Shown here: positions 35,088-50,904 of the stretch, piece by piece
Position numbering within the stretch: the first letter of the stretch is position 1
How the letters are laid out: every line of letters starts with the position of its first letter
Assembly: GCA_964016885.1 (NCBI GenBank)
Contig: OZ024741.1
Coordinates: forward strand, 124,620,001 to 124,684,000
Reading direction: 5' to 3'
Source of the DNA: Eledone cirrhosa
Lineage: Eukaryota
Length of the DNA stretch: 64,000 nt
The notes under the pieces: generated by a model
What the model was told of the DNA's origin: nothing
The model's input: only the letters and a program-made list of their open reading frames with translations
Databases searched by the model: none
Program-made: the position numbers and the translations under genes

Positions 35088-38000
35088 ATGGCCGTATTAA
35101 GAGTAGGATGTTTAAATGCTCGAGGCCTGGGATCGTCCTGGAAGCAGGGTCACCTGCTCAATGACCTCAGGTCTATAGAAATGGATGTAATTGCTGTCAG
35201 CGAGACCAGGATTTCCGACACCCGCGCACTAGCCCCCATTTTTGACGACTATCAGATCTTTGCATCTGTTAGCCGGTCGGGAATGGGAGGCGAGGTGGCA
35301 GTGCTGTTTAGGAAAGGCCTGGATCTCGAGGTAAGGTCGATCTTCCGGGACCCGGACGGGAAGTTGGTGGTTCTAGACGTGAACAATAACGAAGGTGGGG
35401 CCTTTAGACTGGTGGCTGTCTATGCTCCTACTGGGGCAGGACGGCGGAACTTCTTTAGACGCCTGGAAGCCTTTCTGGATACGTCTTGCCCTTTACTGTT
35501 AGCGGGGGACTGGAACAGCATCTTAGACGCACGCTGGGACTGTGTGGGAGTATCCGATAGGAGCGGGGGGTGCAAAAGCCTCAAGAACCTGATCAGCCAG
35601 TTCCAACTGTCTGACAGGTACCGACTAGATTTCCCTAATGCGCCAGTGTGGACCTGGGTTAACCGCATAGGGTCATCTAGATCGTATATAAACAGGATAT
35701 TCATTAGGAAAATAGACAGAAATAATGTAAGCTGTCCACGTTTTGAAACAGTCGCCTATTCAGATCACAAGTTTGTGATCTGTATGGTCGACCTAGATAA
35801 GACGCGTAGGTTAGGACCTGGTTACTGGAAGCTAAACATGTCATTTCCGGCACGTAAGGCTTACATGGACCAGGTCAACAATTTAGTAAAGAAAAAGTTG
35901 ACAGGGGGAGTCGTCAACTATAGATGGTGGGGCCTCTCAAAAGAGAGATTAGAGTAATGTCGATAGAGTTTAGCAAAGAAGTAGGGTTAGAGTAAAATAG
36001 AAAGGAGGGGGAGTTGGTAGATAAGTTAGACCAGACTATTGGTAGTGGCATTGCATTACGTGCTAGTGGTGAGAATGGCATTAGACCATTTCTTCAATGC
36101 GAAACACGAAGGTTGCATTGTCAGAGCTAAGGCACGTGCTCTGAGAAACGAGGGAACCAAACCTGTTCGATGGGCCCGCGTGGCAGAGGCGCAGCGTGGT
36201 AATAAAACCACGATTCGGTCTTTGATGGACCGAGACGGACACGAACTGAGCGATTCCAAGCGGATGTGTGAGGCCTTTCGCCAACATTTCGCTCGGTTGT
36301 TCGGGGGAGTGGCGGGTCAGAGATGATGGCGGACTTCAGTCCCCACATCGATGGCTTGCCGCAACTCTCGACGGCTGACGCTGGGCGCTGCGAAAGGCCA
36401 ATTACTACGGCCGAGATTCAGGACGCCCTTGTCGGCTGCATGAGGCGCAAGTCACCCGATTTGGATGGTCTGCCCTACGAGCTTTACGTAAATATGCCAG
36501 ACTTGTTCTCCAATCTCCTCGAAGCCCTCTACTGCAACTGGCAGCAAAACGGGAGTATTCCCAGTTCTGTGAGCCGGGGCGTAGTGACGCTGATGAGGAA
36601 AGACGAGAACAAGAGGGTCACATTAGACAATTTCAGGCCCATAACTCTGCTCAACACAGAGTTTAAGATTTTGGCCAGGGTGTTAGGGAAGAGGTTGGCG
36701 CTTGTTGTCGGGGATTTGGTTGGGGAGGCGCAAACTTGCGCAATCCCAACCAGGTCCATACACGACAACCTCCACCTAATGTGATACATCATAGAGAGGG
36801 TAGGGTGTAAACCTGGCTTCGGTGGGGCTCTGATCAATTTAGAACAATCGAAAGCATTCGATAGGGTCGACCATCGGTACCGGGAGGCTGTCCTCAAGGC
36901 GGCTGGCTTCTGCCCCGTCTTCAGAAGCTGGATCGCTGCAATGCACCTGCTCGATGGTCAAAATTAATGGCCACCTCTCGGAACCGTTTCAGGTCTCCCG
37001 ATCGGTCCGTCAAGGGTGCTCTCTCTCCTCCCTTCTGTACGTATTGACTCTCGAGCCTTTACTGCGAAAGCTGGAGCTGTTGCAGGGAATCCCGCTCGAA
37101 CCGAGACGCGGAAAAGCTGTGTCGGGTTATGCGGACGACCTCACCGTGATGGTGTCGGACACCTCAGAAATCGAGGTGGTCTGCAACTTATTGGAGGAAT
37201 ATGAAAGGTTGACGGGAGCAAAACTTATCCCGGAAAAATCGGTGGGCTTGCAACTCGGCACCTGGAGAGGCAAGTCGTTAGGCGCTGGACGGACGGACCG
37301 GTAAAGTTACTAGGGGTTTGGTTCGGGCCAGACCTCCAGGTGGATAAGAATTGGGACGAGGTGACGGGCAGGGTAGCCAGTCTCACCCAGGAATGGGCTG
37401 GGATGAAGCTATCTCTGAAAGGTCGGGCGGAGGTGGCGAACGCGTCCGTCATCTACTACCGTCTGACCGTCGTCCCTTTCCCCCGTTCGCGCCTCGCCAT
37501 CTTGGAGCGGCTCCTCTTCAAATTCTAGTGGAGGGGTCAGGTTCCGCTGGTGAGGCGATCCATCTGCTGCCAGTACCCTCTAGGTGGAGGGCTGGGCATG
37601 CCATGGCTAATGGTGCGCAGGCACGCGCTGAGGCTGCGGCATCTCCAGATATTCTGCCTAAACGGTGAACAGGTGTGGTCGCTGTTTGTCAGACGGGCCT
37701 TTCCTCAGCTCGTTTCTTTGACTGAGCTTCAGTCCTGGGTCAAGAAGAGACCGAGACTGGGTGACTGGCATCTGGAATGTTGCCAGGTATTCACTGTCTT
37801 CTACCAGGCGGGTAATGCGGTCAGTGGAACTTCCACTCTCGAGTTCTATAGAGCATTAGTGGTGGGCAAGTGCGACGACGCACTCGGAGAGGCTCTAGGA
37901 GTCAACGAAGTCGAACTACCAGTCTGTACCGGAGGACTTTCGAGCCGGGGACGATGGATAATTTCCAAAAATCCCTCGCTTGGCAGTGCTACCGCGGGGC

Positions 38001-38468
38001 ACTGCCGGTTCGAGATAAACTGTACAGGCACGGAAGTGCTGTCAGACGGACCTGCCCGAGATGCGCGCAGAGCGACGAAACCGTTCTTCACGCATTCGTC
38101 CAGTGTCCGTGCATTACCGACTTCTGGAGTTATGTTGAACAGCTGTTGTCGCGTGTAGAACGGATCCGGCTATCGGCCGAGTCCATAGTGAAGATCGACC
38201 GCCGCCTTCTTTTGGCCAGGAAGGGCAGGCAATTTTCCTCTGTCTGGTGGCAGTAGCGAAAGAGGTTGTATGGTGGACGAGGTTGAAAGGACTGAAGACA
38301 GACACTTTTCTCTTCGGCCAATCCCTCATCAACTTTTTCAAGTTTCACTTGGAAAGGAAGGTGAGGGTGGAGAGAGAAGTGCTTCCCCCCAGTACATTTT
38401 CTGAAAGGTGGGTGAATGTGGCGAGAATGGCCCGTGTGAGAGGGCCTACTCTGGTCATGCGGCTGTAG
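35088..38468 (+). pseudogene. Tx1 ORF2 (APE-RT), disrupted
   Basis: CLNARGL, GDWN, SDHK, YWKLN, NFRPITLLN, RQGCSLS, YADD, CPRCAQSDETVLHAFVQC. Confidence 0.92.
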
Positions 38469-38944
38469 GTAGGTAAATTTGTGTAAAGGGTGCTCTCGAA
38501 GCGTCGGGTCGTTCAGGATTGGTGGGGTACCTGGGCGAACCCTGCGTGGTCATCCCCCCTAATGGGGAATTTTTTCTTGTTGTAATTTTCTTGTTACTTT
38601 GTTATTGTGATTCATATTGTTTACTCGATTTTTCTGTAAAACCCCACTGTCCCAGTCTTTTGTATTGTCCCCTATATGTCGGACCTTGTGGCCAATAAAT
38701 GAAATCATTCTTCTTATTATTATTATTGGCGACCTACGTAATAAATCGTATTATCGTGAGCTCCGCAAAGGTTTGTTATTTTCAGTTGTTTAAAATTGCC
38801 GTTTATGGAAAATTTTTATTGTTAACTGTATATAAGTGCACACACATTATTTTCTGAAAAGGAGACTCAAAAAGATTGGGGTCTTGAGCCCAAAATTTAA
38901 ACTTTTATAATTATGAAATAAAAAAAAAGTTTCTTTGAAAAATC

Positions 38945-40879
38945 ATGCCCGAACTCACAGCTGAAGCTAGTAGCTGAGAGCCTTCCTCACAAATTAACAC
39001 CTCACACCTACACCACCATTGTAAATATTACTACGTTTGCCAACACTAAAAATATAAGCATTAGCAATATTTTAAATTTGTCTCAGGCAGACATTCATTT
39101 CCCACCATTACCAGTGACTGCAGGTGTTGAAGCCGCCACCCCCACAACCACCACAACGACAACAGAAACAAAAGAAAAAAAAATTATCTCGTGATATCGA
39201 AACGAATTCAGCCAAAATGAACTGTTCCACACCGAACACCACTGACGCCACCACCACCACAACTGAAACTAAAATTAACAATAACAAAAATAACGATAAC
39301 AACAACAGCAACAATGAGAATAAGAAAACCCTGTCTTTTGCCAGAGTAGCAAAGAAGTGGGAAGCATTCCAGATAGCTCAGGAGGAATTAGAAGAAGCCA
39401 AAAAAATGGTAAAGAAAGATGGGTACAGGGTCACACACACACACACCTAATAAAATGGAGCATCGGCGCCTATGCACCGTGTCTTATCGGACGATTAACA
39501 TAAAACCGCGCCGAGTGGAACGGGCATCCGAGTCCCAAATCCAAAAAGCTTTGGGACATGTGTGGGCAAAAAAAAAACACATCAGACGTGGGCAGAAATA
39601 TGGAACCGTGGACGTGTTCTTTGAAACACCACAGGAGGCCAGAGAACACTCCCTGGACCCATTAAGAAGTGACGACTTCACACTCGTCCCAAGCTATTGT
39701 GGCCAGAGACTCGTGAAGATCAGGGTGACCCATGTTCCACCGGCCATCGAAATTCCCTGGTTATGGCTGCCGTCCTCGCCGGCATCGAAGCCTACACCAA
39801 GATAATCGAAATAGCGAGAGAAAAGCAGGAGAACTGGTCCCGGATCTGGGATGGAGCTCCTGATCCAAGCGAACCAAAAAAGCATTGAGGAGATCCCAGA
39901 GGTAATAGACCTCACTGACGGCAGCCACCTCACCGTAATCGTCGAGGGCAGAAGGCCTAGGTGTGTCGTTTGTGGTGAAGGAACCCACCTAATGGCTTTC
40001 TGCCCTCAGGCTAAAAGGTTGAGGCCACCTCTCTTACCCACCCCAGTGTCTCAACCATCAACACAACCAGCAGCAGAAATGGCAGCAACAACTGTAGCAG
40101 CAACAACAGAAACAACTGTAACAGCAACAACCCCAGCAACAGTAGCAAAACCAACACCACCCCCCACCCAGCGCGCCAGAACTAGCACCAGGGCCTACAC
40201 CATCTACCACGCCATAACCAAAACCAACGCCTGTGGAGGATTTTCCACTCCCCGACCTATCGCAACTGGAGACAGATTGTGACGACAAGGAGTGGGAAAC
40301 CATATCAGAAAAAAAGAAAAAAAGAAAAAGAAACCAAAAAAGAAAAAATCCCCTTCCTTCCCCCTCCAAGAACAAAATACAGAGGGAAACAAATAAACTA
40401 TCAAACAAAAAAGTTAGGACAGCTATGCCACCATCCACACCAGCATCACCAACCCCATCACTACAAACACCAACACCATCACCATCATTAACCCCAACAC
40501 CACCATCACCAACACCACAAAAGTCACCAAAAAGCGAAACAGAAACAAACCCACAACAACGCAAACAAAACAAAACAACCAAAACGATAAAAACTACACA
40601 GCAATAAATTTGAACAACAACCAATTATTACACTACATCCAACACAACACCAGCATCACAGAAAAAGACTACACAACAACCCAAAAGTTCACACCACCTC
40701 CACACATACAAATCACTCACATCACACAGAAAACGTACACGACACTAAAAAAAAATTCCCTAAAGACATCGGAGACTTCCGACACGCACTCTCCAGGAGG
40801 ATTTATAAGGACATCCTTCCGCAGGAGGCCAGAAGCTGTGAAAAGGATGGATAAACCATCCTTCCTCTACGAGAAGTAA
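38945..40879 (+). pseudogene. Tx1 ORF1, disrupted
   Basis: TVSYRT..RVERASESQIQKALG..KYGTVDVFF; EGRRPRCVVCGEGTHLMAFCP; start position approximate. Confidence 0.78.
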
Positions 40880-40917
40880 GGTAAGTGGTCTTTCCCATCT
40901 TTTGCACTCCATTTCAA

Positions 40918-43900
40918 CATAACCTCACTCAGAATAGGCAGCATGAATGCGCGTGGCTTGGGGTCGTCATGAGCAGGGCAACCTGCTCAACGACCTCAGG
41001 TCAGTAAACATAGATGTAGTGGCCATCAGCGAGACCAGAATCTCCGAAGCACGGGCCTTCGCACCGATCATCGGCGGCTACGATGTGTACGCATCTCCCA
41101 GCCGTCCAGGATCGGCGTGAGGACTTACTGTGCTTTTTCGGAGAGGTTTGGATCTCGCCATACGGGCCATCTTCCTGGACCCAGAGGGTAAGTTGGTGGT
41201 GCTGAACGTGACCAGCGGAGAAGGGCAAGCTTTCAGGCTAGTGGCCGTCTATGCCCCGACAGGAGCAGGGCGGCCTGATTTCTTCCGGCGTCTGGAGACC
41301 TTTCTTGGTACGTCCCGCTCTTTAGTGTTAGTTGGCGACTGGAACAGGATATTAGATACACGCCGGGACTGTGTGGGATTAGCGGATAGGGGAGGAGGGT
41401 GCAAGAGCCTCACCAACCTGCTCAGGCGTTTTGAACTGTCTGACAGGTACCGATTGGATTTCCCGAATGTGCCAATGTGGACGTGGACAAACCGCATAGG
41501 GTCATCCAGATTATATCTAGATAGAGTATTTTGTAGGGAAATAGATAGGTCTAGTATAGGCTGTCCGCAATTCAAGATAGTCAGCTACACGGACCACAAA
41601 TTCGTGATCTGTGTGCTTGACTTAGATAGGCTTCATAGACGAGGACCCGGCTACTGGAAGCTAAACGCGTCCTTACCAGCGCGCAAGGCCTACAGAGACC
41701 GGATTAGCGAATTAGTTAAGCGGACATTGACGGGGGGCCATCGTCAACAACAAGTGGTGGTTTGCTCTTAAAAGAGCGATTAGAATAGAGACCATAGGTT
41801 TAGTAAGGCTTTAGAAATAGAGAAAAATAGAGCAGAGGGAGAACTAGTTAGAAAATTAGACGAGGCGCTTAGCAAAGGCATCACGACCGACGTACTTGCG
41901 GCGAAATTGGCCCTTGACCAATTCTTCAATGCAAAGCACGAAGGCTGCGTTATCAGAGCTAGGGTGCGTGCTTTCAGACACGAGGGGACGAAAGCCTTTC
42001 AATGGGCCCGAGTTGCAGAGGCACGTCGTGGTAACAAAGCCACGATCACGTCTTTGGTGGACCACGACGGGCGCATGCTACTCGATCCCGGGCAAATGTG
42101 TGAAGCTTTTCAGCGACACTTCGCACAGCTGTTCGGGGCAGCGGCGGACCGGATCGAGGGATGGACTTTAGTGTCTACCTCGACGGACTGCCGTGGCTCT
42201 CGGCCACTGAGGCAGAGTGTTGAGAAAAGCCGATAACAGCCGCTGAAGTACGGGAGGCAATGACTGGCTGCACAAGGGGTAAATCTCCTGGTTTTAATAG
42301 TCTGCCCTATCAACTTTACGTACACATGCCAGACCTGTTCGGAGGCCTCTTGGCGGACGTCTACTGCATCTGGCAACAGAATGGGAGAATTCCCAGCTCT
42401 CTGAGCCGAGGAGCGGTGGCGCTGCTGAGAAAGGATCCGAACAAGGGGGATAACATACATAATTTTAGTCCCATAACTCTGCTAAACACCGAGTTCAAGA
42501 TTTTGGCCAAGGTGCTAGCAAAGAGGTTGGCACTTGTCGTTGGTGCTCTGGTGGGAGAGGGGCAGACATGCGCCATTACAGACAGATCCATGCTCGACAA
42601 CCTCCACCTCATGCGATACTTCGTAGAGAGGGTAGCTAGGGAACCTGGCACGGTTGGGTCCTTGATCAATTTAGATCAATCGAAAGCTTTCGGTAGGGTC
42701 GACCATCGTTACCTAGCGGCAGTCCTGAGGGCGGCTGGCTTTTGGCCCGTCTTCAGAGGCTGGGTTGCTGCCATGCACAGCGACATCTGCTCTGTGGTGA
42801 GAGTGAACCGTCACCTTTCGGAGCCGTTCAACATCATGCGCTCGGTCCGCCAAGGATGTTCCCTCTCATCCCTCTTGTACGTATTGACTCTCGAGCCATT
42901 ACTGCACAAACTGGAGACGGTGAGGGGGGTCCCGCGCGAACTAGGATGCGGAAGATCCGTGTCAGCATATGCGTACGATGTCACCGTAGTTGTGTCAAAC
43001 GCCAAACACATCGAGGCGATCGGCACTACTCTAAGAGAATACGAAGCGGCGACAGGAGCAATGATCAACCAAGAGAAGTCAGTGGGCCTGCAGGTAGGAA
43101 CCTGAAGAGGCAGGTCCATGCCGTCCAACAGCGTGACGAGCAGGGTGGCTTCTCTCACCCAGAAATGGGCGGAAAGGAAGCTATCCCTGAAAGGTCGAGC
43201 AGAGGTGGCTAACGCGTACATCGCGTCCGTCATCTATTACTGCTTGACCGTCGTACCTTGTCCTCAACCCCGCCTGACTGCGCTGGAGCGTTTCCTCTTT
43301 CGCTTTTTGTGGAAGGGACGCGCTCCGATGGTCAGGCGGTCCATCTGCTGTCAACACCCGCTACGTGGAGGGCTGGGCATGCCGTGGCTGATGATGCGCA
43401 GACACGCGCTCTGACTACGACATCTCCACCTCTTCTTCGACGGTGCTCAGGTGTGGTCGACGTTTGCTAGACGCGTCTTCCCCAGCTCGTCTCCTTCACG
43501 GAGCTGCAGTCTTGGGTCAAGCGAAGACCGAGAGGGAGCGCTTGGAGACTGGAATGTTTTCAGGCGCTCACAGCCCTCGACCAATCGGGCAATGTGATCG
43601 GTGGAAGCTCCACCTTGGCGTTCTATAGAGGATTAGTGGAGGGGAAGAGCGACGACGTACTTGGGGAACCTCTACGCGTCGACGAATATCAACTAGCCAA
43701 TCTCTTCGGAAGAACTTTCGGGCCGAGGCCTATGGACAACTTCCAGAAATCCCTGGCCTGGCAGTGCTACCGAGGAGCTTTGCCAGTTCGGGATAAACTC
43801 TACAGGCATGGAGCTGCCGTCAGCCGGGCATGTCCGAGATGCGCGCAGAGGACGAAACCGTGTTGCACGCACTCGTCCAGTGTCCGAGCATTGCTGACTT

Positions 43901-44229
43901 GTGGATTTATGTCGAACACCTGCTGTCGCGTGTAGGACGAGTTCATCGTGAGGATTGCCCCGCCCTCTCCCTTTAGCCGGGAATGGCAGGCAGTTTTTAT
44001 CTGTCTGGTGGCCATGACGAAAGAGATAGTATGGTGGACACGTTTGAAAGGGCTGAAGACGAGCACTTACCTATTCGGTGATACCCTCATTGACTTTTTC
44101 AAATTTCATTTGAAAAGGAAAATCAAAGTAGAGAGGGAAGTGCTCTCTTCCCAGCATTTTGTTGAAAGATGGGTGAGAGAAGCAAGAATGGCCCGAGTGA
44201 ATGGGCCTACTCTGAGTACGTATCTGTAA
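40918..44229 (+). pseudogene. Tx1 ORF2 (APE-RT), disrupted
   Basis: GDWN, YLDR, TDHK, YWKLN, RQGCSLS; catalytic YADD mutated to YAYD; very similar to copy A ORF2. Confidence 0.92.
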
Positions 44230-44510
44230 ATTAAAGGTGGAAAACTGGGAGAGGGCACTTGCCTTGGTGGTCAGGGTCACTGTGGCCTTTTAATGGGCTT
44301 TCTCCACATATGTCCCTCGGAAGTCTCCCCCCTATTGGGGAATTTTTCATTGTTATTTTTGTTGTTACATACTCTGTGTTTTTTTTTTTTACATGCAGAA
44401 ATGCCCATTTCTACCGTCCTGTATTGTCCTGTACTGTCCTCAATGTCTACTTTATGTAAACCCTTGTGGTTAATAAAGAAAGCATTATTATTATTATTAT
44501 TATTATTATT

Positions 44511-45262
44511 ACAGTTGCATTTATCTTGCTTTATGTTCATACGAGTTATCACCAAGTCACAACCAGTGACCTCAAGAGACAACAAGGTCCGCCATGTTCA
44601 AGAAAGAACATACATACTCACACATGCATCTTTAGTGTTTAGACTTGTGATGTACTTATATTGACAGAATCTTCCTTAGTATATGGGCAGTTCCCATTAG
44701 TACTATCGTTTGTATTTCTCCTATACGCGGGTTTCCTGGGATTTGCGATAAGTAATCATTAGACCCCTTAGGTATCATTCCCAGAGCGCCTACAACCACT
44801 GGTATTGTTTTAGTTCTCAATTTCCACATTTTTCCAATTTCTATCTCCAGGTCCTTATACTTGCTCAATTTTTCAAATGTTTTTATAGATACATTCTTGT
44901 CTATTGGAACGGACATATCAATTAGCAGGCATACCCTCTTTTTAAAGTCCTTCAATATTATATCAGGTCTATTTGCATCTATTTTTCGGTCTGTTTGGAT
45001 GCTAAAGTTCCACAAGATTGAGATGTGATCTTTTTCATGTATGGGAGGTGGTTGATGCTCCCACCAATTCTTTTGATGGGGCAGGTCAAAATGCTTACAC
45101 ATCATCCAATGTATGTATTGTGCAGCTCTGTCATGCCTGTTTAGGTATTCGGTTGGAGCTATAGGTCTGCACATTGAAATTATATGGTCAATGGTCTCTG
45201 GTTGTTTTTTGCATACACGGCATAATAGGCTGCATCCATTTTTTATTATGTTGGCTTGGTAA

Positions 45263-45267
<5 letters not shown>
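44511..45267 (-). mobile_element. 5'-truncated copy of the Dong/R4 family at 10972-14915
   Basis: Near identical to 10972-11723; intact CCHC-RHD-RLE frame; (TAA)n on both sides. Confidence 0.93.
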
Positions 45268-45330
<63 letters not shown>

Positions 45331-46599
45331 CATCATCATCATCATTATTTTCATTGTTGTTGTTATTGTTGTTCTTGTTGTTACTAGGTGTCAAACATGT
45401 AGAATTTGATTACTAAAGTAGAATTATAATAATGATGATAATCGTAAATATAATGATAATAAGGATTATGTTGATGATGGTTAAGATAATAGTAACGATA
45501 ATAAAAACAATAATTTATTTTTAAAATCACTTATGCACAAAAATAAATATATGTAATTGCTTATAATATTGATATATTATGTCCCGTCTTGTGGAATTAT
45601 TTTCTTTATTTCGTTATCTTTTTTATCATCTTTCGCAAGGGAGCCTTTCTTGTATTTTCTGTTTATAATTTTCTCTCGTATTATCTCGCATTTTTCTCGA
45701 ATTTATTGTTTTTAAATATTCATTAAAGTGTCTAGTGACGTTTCTTGCCCTTGACTGAAAATAGAATCAAATAGCTTTGCCAGCGATTTGTACAAAATAA
45801 AACGTAAATTCGACTTGATTGAATGATATATATATGTAATATGTGTGTGTGTGAGTGTATGCATATGTGCGTGATGTATCTATAGGAATGTAAACGGGAA
45901 AGATACATACACATGAATGAACACACATAACCACATAAACAATCACACATATACTGATGACTTTTTCCGTGATTTCCTCTTAAATTTATCCGTAATTACA
46001 TAGAAGCATAACTACTTATTGCTCTAAATTTGTTTATAATCTCTCTAAAAAAAAAACCTACAAGAAGAATTATTGCGTGCGACATATAATCTCACAGATG
46101 AGATACGACAAAGTCGGTGTTTCGAGTCCTTCAACATCATTCGCTCTTGCCCTCTTTATCTAACTATGTTTAATAAGGCCCAGATTTGCATTCCAGCAAC
46201 AACGAATGATAAATCAGCCCAAAGCCACCTGGTAGCTTTCTCTCCAGCTTATTCTTCTCTACTCATGTAAAGTTTAATTTGTTTAGGTCTTTTGTTGAGT
46301 TGGCACCCAAAAATGCTTCTACAGACCAACATAAAAGACCCACACCATGTATTCTAACTTCCGTCTCAAAACTGGAAGATATTTATTTACACCATTCCTA
46401 AGACTTGAGCAGAGATCCAAATTTGAAAGATAATTACGATGGATTTCATCAATCAGAGCAGTGTAGCTTCCAAAGTAAATCATTTACCTAATTTCACCGG
46501 ATATATTTTTCCGTATTTCTGCTATTTCATGTACGAGTGGTGTTTTATGAAATTATTTCTTAAAATCTAATGGGCCTTTGTAAACACAAATGAAAGATT

Positions 46600-46776
46600 T
46601 GGATTGGCAGTATCGGTAGAGAGTCGGACGCTATGCTTTGCAGCATAGTTACGTCCCTCTACTGACTGAGTTCAAATCCCGAGGTTAACTTTGCCTTTCA
46701 TCCTTACGGGCTCGATAAAATAAAGTACCAGTAATGTACTGGTTAATTGTTGGCCTTGTGCCAAAAGTCGAAACAA
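46600..46776 (+). mobile_element. tRNA-derived SINE (same family)
   Basis: GGATTGGCAGTATCGGTAGA...GAGTTCAAATCC...CCTTGTGCCAAAAGTCGAAACAATT. Confidence 0.85.
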
Positions 46777-46812
46777 TTAATGAAAGATTTCATTAAAATA
46801 CCATACGGATCT

Positions 46813-46814
<2 letters not shown>

Positions 46815-46863
<49 letters not shown>

Positions 46864-46950
46864 TGTGTGTGTGTGTGTCTGTGTGTGTGTGTGTGTGTGT
46901 GCATGTGTGTGTGTGTGTGTGTATCTGTGCGTGTTTGTGTGTGTGAATGT
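46815..46950. repeat. (GT)n microsatellite
   Basis: Direct inspection. Confidence 0.95.
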
Positions 46951-47446
46951 ATTTATATATATGGGTGGGTACCCGATGTGTTTGGGGAGATGACTACACT
47001 TAAAAAATGTACTCAATACGTTGGTAGAGTATAGGCATATTTATTTTATATTGAAACGAGGTCTACTGTTTCGTTCGTATTAGAGAACGTTATGAGACAA
47101 GCAAGCAGTTATTTAAATTCTAAAACAGCGTGGGTTGAATTAGACAAGAGCTGCCGACTGGAATATGATGTAATTTTCTCTCACCTTTTCCACATTCACT
47201 TACAATTCCCGCTATAATAGTTATATCCGCTGATGACGCTATATATACACAGACAGATATGTATACATTTATATACCAGCTTAACATTGTATACCTAGCA
47301 ATAGCCAACAGCAATGTAAAATCTCTCAATTATATTGTAGTCAGTTATTTCAAATAATATTACGTATCCTCTTAGACAACTTTCGTAGCTATATATCTAT
47401 CTGTCTATTGAAAACCAAGGGGTAGATTACTGGAGAAGCATCTTTC

Positions 47447-47574
<128 letters not shown>

Positions 47575-47714
47575 ACTCATAAGAGTCAACAGCCATCCAA
47601 AAGTGTGTAAATATGTATATACACATGTACATATGTATGTATATGTGTATATACATGGGTGCATGTGTATGTATATGTGCGGGGTCATAGAAATAGTCGG
47701 GCTAGACACCCGAT

Positions 47715-48030
47715 AGCGCGGTTAAACCAATAGGAGTGAAGGACCCCTAGCCTCTGTCACGACCCTCTTCAAGGAGAAAGCAACTCAGGAAACTGGGATA
47801 GCTCCGATATAAAACTTGCAGCTCAGTAGTTACCGATGATGTTGATCTTTTCTTGTTTTTGGGTTATAGCTACTGTCGCTCAGAGAGTGGGTTTGGCTCA
47901 GTGCACAGTCTTTCCTCACTTTAAAATATATCTTCACGCACAGTCATTTCAAGATAGAATTAATTAATAATTATTAGTAATGTTATATCGTGTAATGCCC
48001 ATACTTGATAACGAGGCGGCAGCCATCATC
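47715..48030 (+). repeat. Dispersed ~320 bp repeat, homologue of 27558-27875
   Basis: Colinear inverted similarity. Confidence 0.8.
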
Positions 48031-48207
48031 TATCAATCTATATATATAGAAAAGAAATCAGAAATAAGATTTCACTTCAAGCATAGCTTTATACAAATAT
48101 GTATAGAAATTTCGTATTTCAAAAGAAACACGGTTTTAGGAAGCCGTAGCTATGCTAACACCCGGGCTAACGCCCTCTGGTGGTTTCCAGCAGAAGCAAG
48201 GGGAACA

Positions 48208-48251
48208 ACCGTCTATGCATTTCAGGCTTGACTGGCCTTCTTCAGGGCGGT
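48208..48251 (-). ncRNA. Minimal type I hammerhead motif, family F6
   Basis: ACCGCC-CUGAAGA-AGGC(CAGUCAA)GCCU-GAAA-UGCA-UA-GACGGU; one stem I mismatch. Confidence 0.75.
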
Positions 48252-48316
48252 CCGTCTCACCGCTTGCGACTGCTGGACTTGAAAACACTCGAGAATATAT
48301 AGTTTATCGTCTGTGA

Positions 48317-48351
<35 letters not shown>

Positions 48352-48355
<4 letters not shown>

Positions 48356-48775
48356 GAGGTTATATTTAATTTGTTGGGATTCAACAAGCTTAAAATGTTG
48401 TATAACTGATATAAAGCACTCAACAGTTTAGTTGAGTAAATACACAATATATTAATAAATGGAAACTATATTTATAAAACCATATTTATTTTATTATATA
48501 TATTTCAAGGGCAACCAAGGCAAATTATAGTGCGCTTTCATCAGATAAAATACAGATTTGTTTTATAAATAAATATTGACATACCCGGAAAAAAAAGGAA
48601 GCTCCAACCGTCAAGGTTGTCTTTTTTTTCGGGTATGTCAATAATTATTTATAAAACAAATCTGTATTTTATCTGATGAAAGCGTACCATAATTTGCCTT
48701 GGTTGCCCTTGAAATATATATAATAAAATAAATATGGTTTTATAAATATAGTTTCCATTTATTAATATATTGAAT
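48352..48775. mobile_element. (TA)n-flanked fold-back HHR element, family F7 (HHR 48487-48552 minus, 48665-48730 plus)
   Basis: Inverted arms 48445-48595 / 48620-48772; UAUUUUAU-CUGAUGA-AAG...CUU-GAAA-UAUAUA-UA-AUAAAAUA. Confidence 0.85.
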
Positions 48776-48797
48776 ATGTATATATATATATATATAT

Positions 48798-49705
<908 letters not shown>

Positions 49706-50344
49706 CATTTATATATATATGTGTGTGTGTGTGTACACCATTGTTTACCAATTGGTAGAACTAATCATTCCAATTATTAAATAATGATGAAATAAAGTAA
49801 ACACTCGACGTTATGCAAATCATTCATCGTTGAAGTGGTATTCCGTGGCTTCATGAGTCATTTTTGTTTATTTATTTAACATTTTTATAGATTCTTGTAA
49901 TCTTTATTATTTTTGGTTATTTTATAATTTCTGTAACCTTTATAATGTTTTATTTTTTTATTATATTGGAGGGGTTGGTTCAGATTAATGAACGGAATTT
50001 CCTGAGGGGAGTAGAACTTCTGTCAACACCTGATAAACTCCGCCTTCTTTATCGCGCCTACCAAGTCACATTGCTTAACATTGATGTGAGTACCGTTACA
50101 GTATGGTTTGCTGTTACATACGATAACATTGAATGAGCAAGCCATCCACGAACAAAATCTCCCCTGTAATCTCTGTTTGTGTTCGCCGTAATCCTGTTAT
50201 CATATGTAACTAAATTAGCAATCCACACCTTATGAAATCACATCATGACTGGATGATAAAACTGCGCATTCAAATACGTATAATGTTTTCACAAAATTAA
50301 CACTTTAAACAATGTCTCCAGTCCGGACTTCTTTTCTTTTTAAT

Positions 50345-50892
<548 letters not shown>

Positions 50893-50904
50893 CATATATA
50901 TATA

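Larger units (their letters stand above)
32892..38706 (+). mobile_element. Tx1-clade retrotransposon, copy B (more divergent subfamily)
   Basis: Starts GG after (TAT)n; ends CCTTGTGGCC-AATAAA-TGAAATC-ATT. Confidence 0.92.
38728..44483 (+). mobile_element. Tx1-clade retrotransposon, copy C, head-to-tail behind copy B
   Basis: Starts GG after short (TAT)n; ends CCTTGTGGTT-AATAAA-GAAAGC-(ATT)n. Confidence 0.92.
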
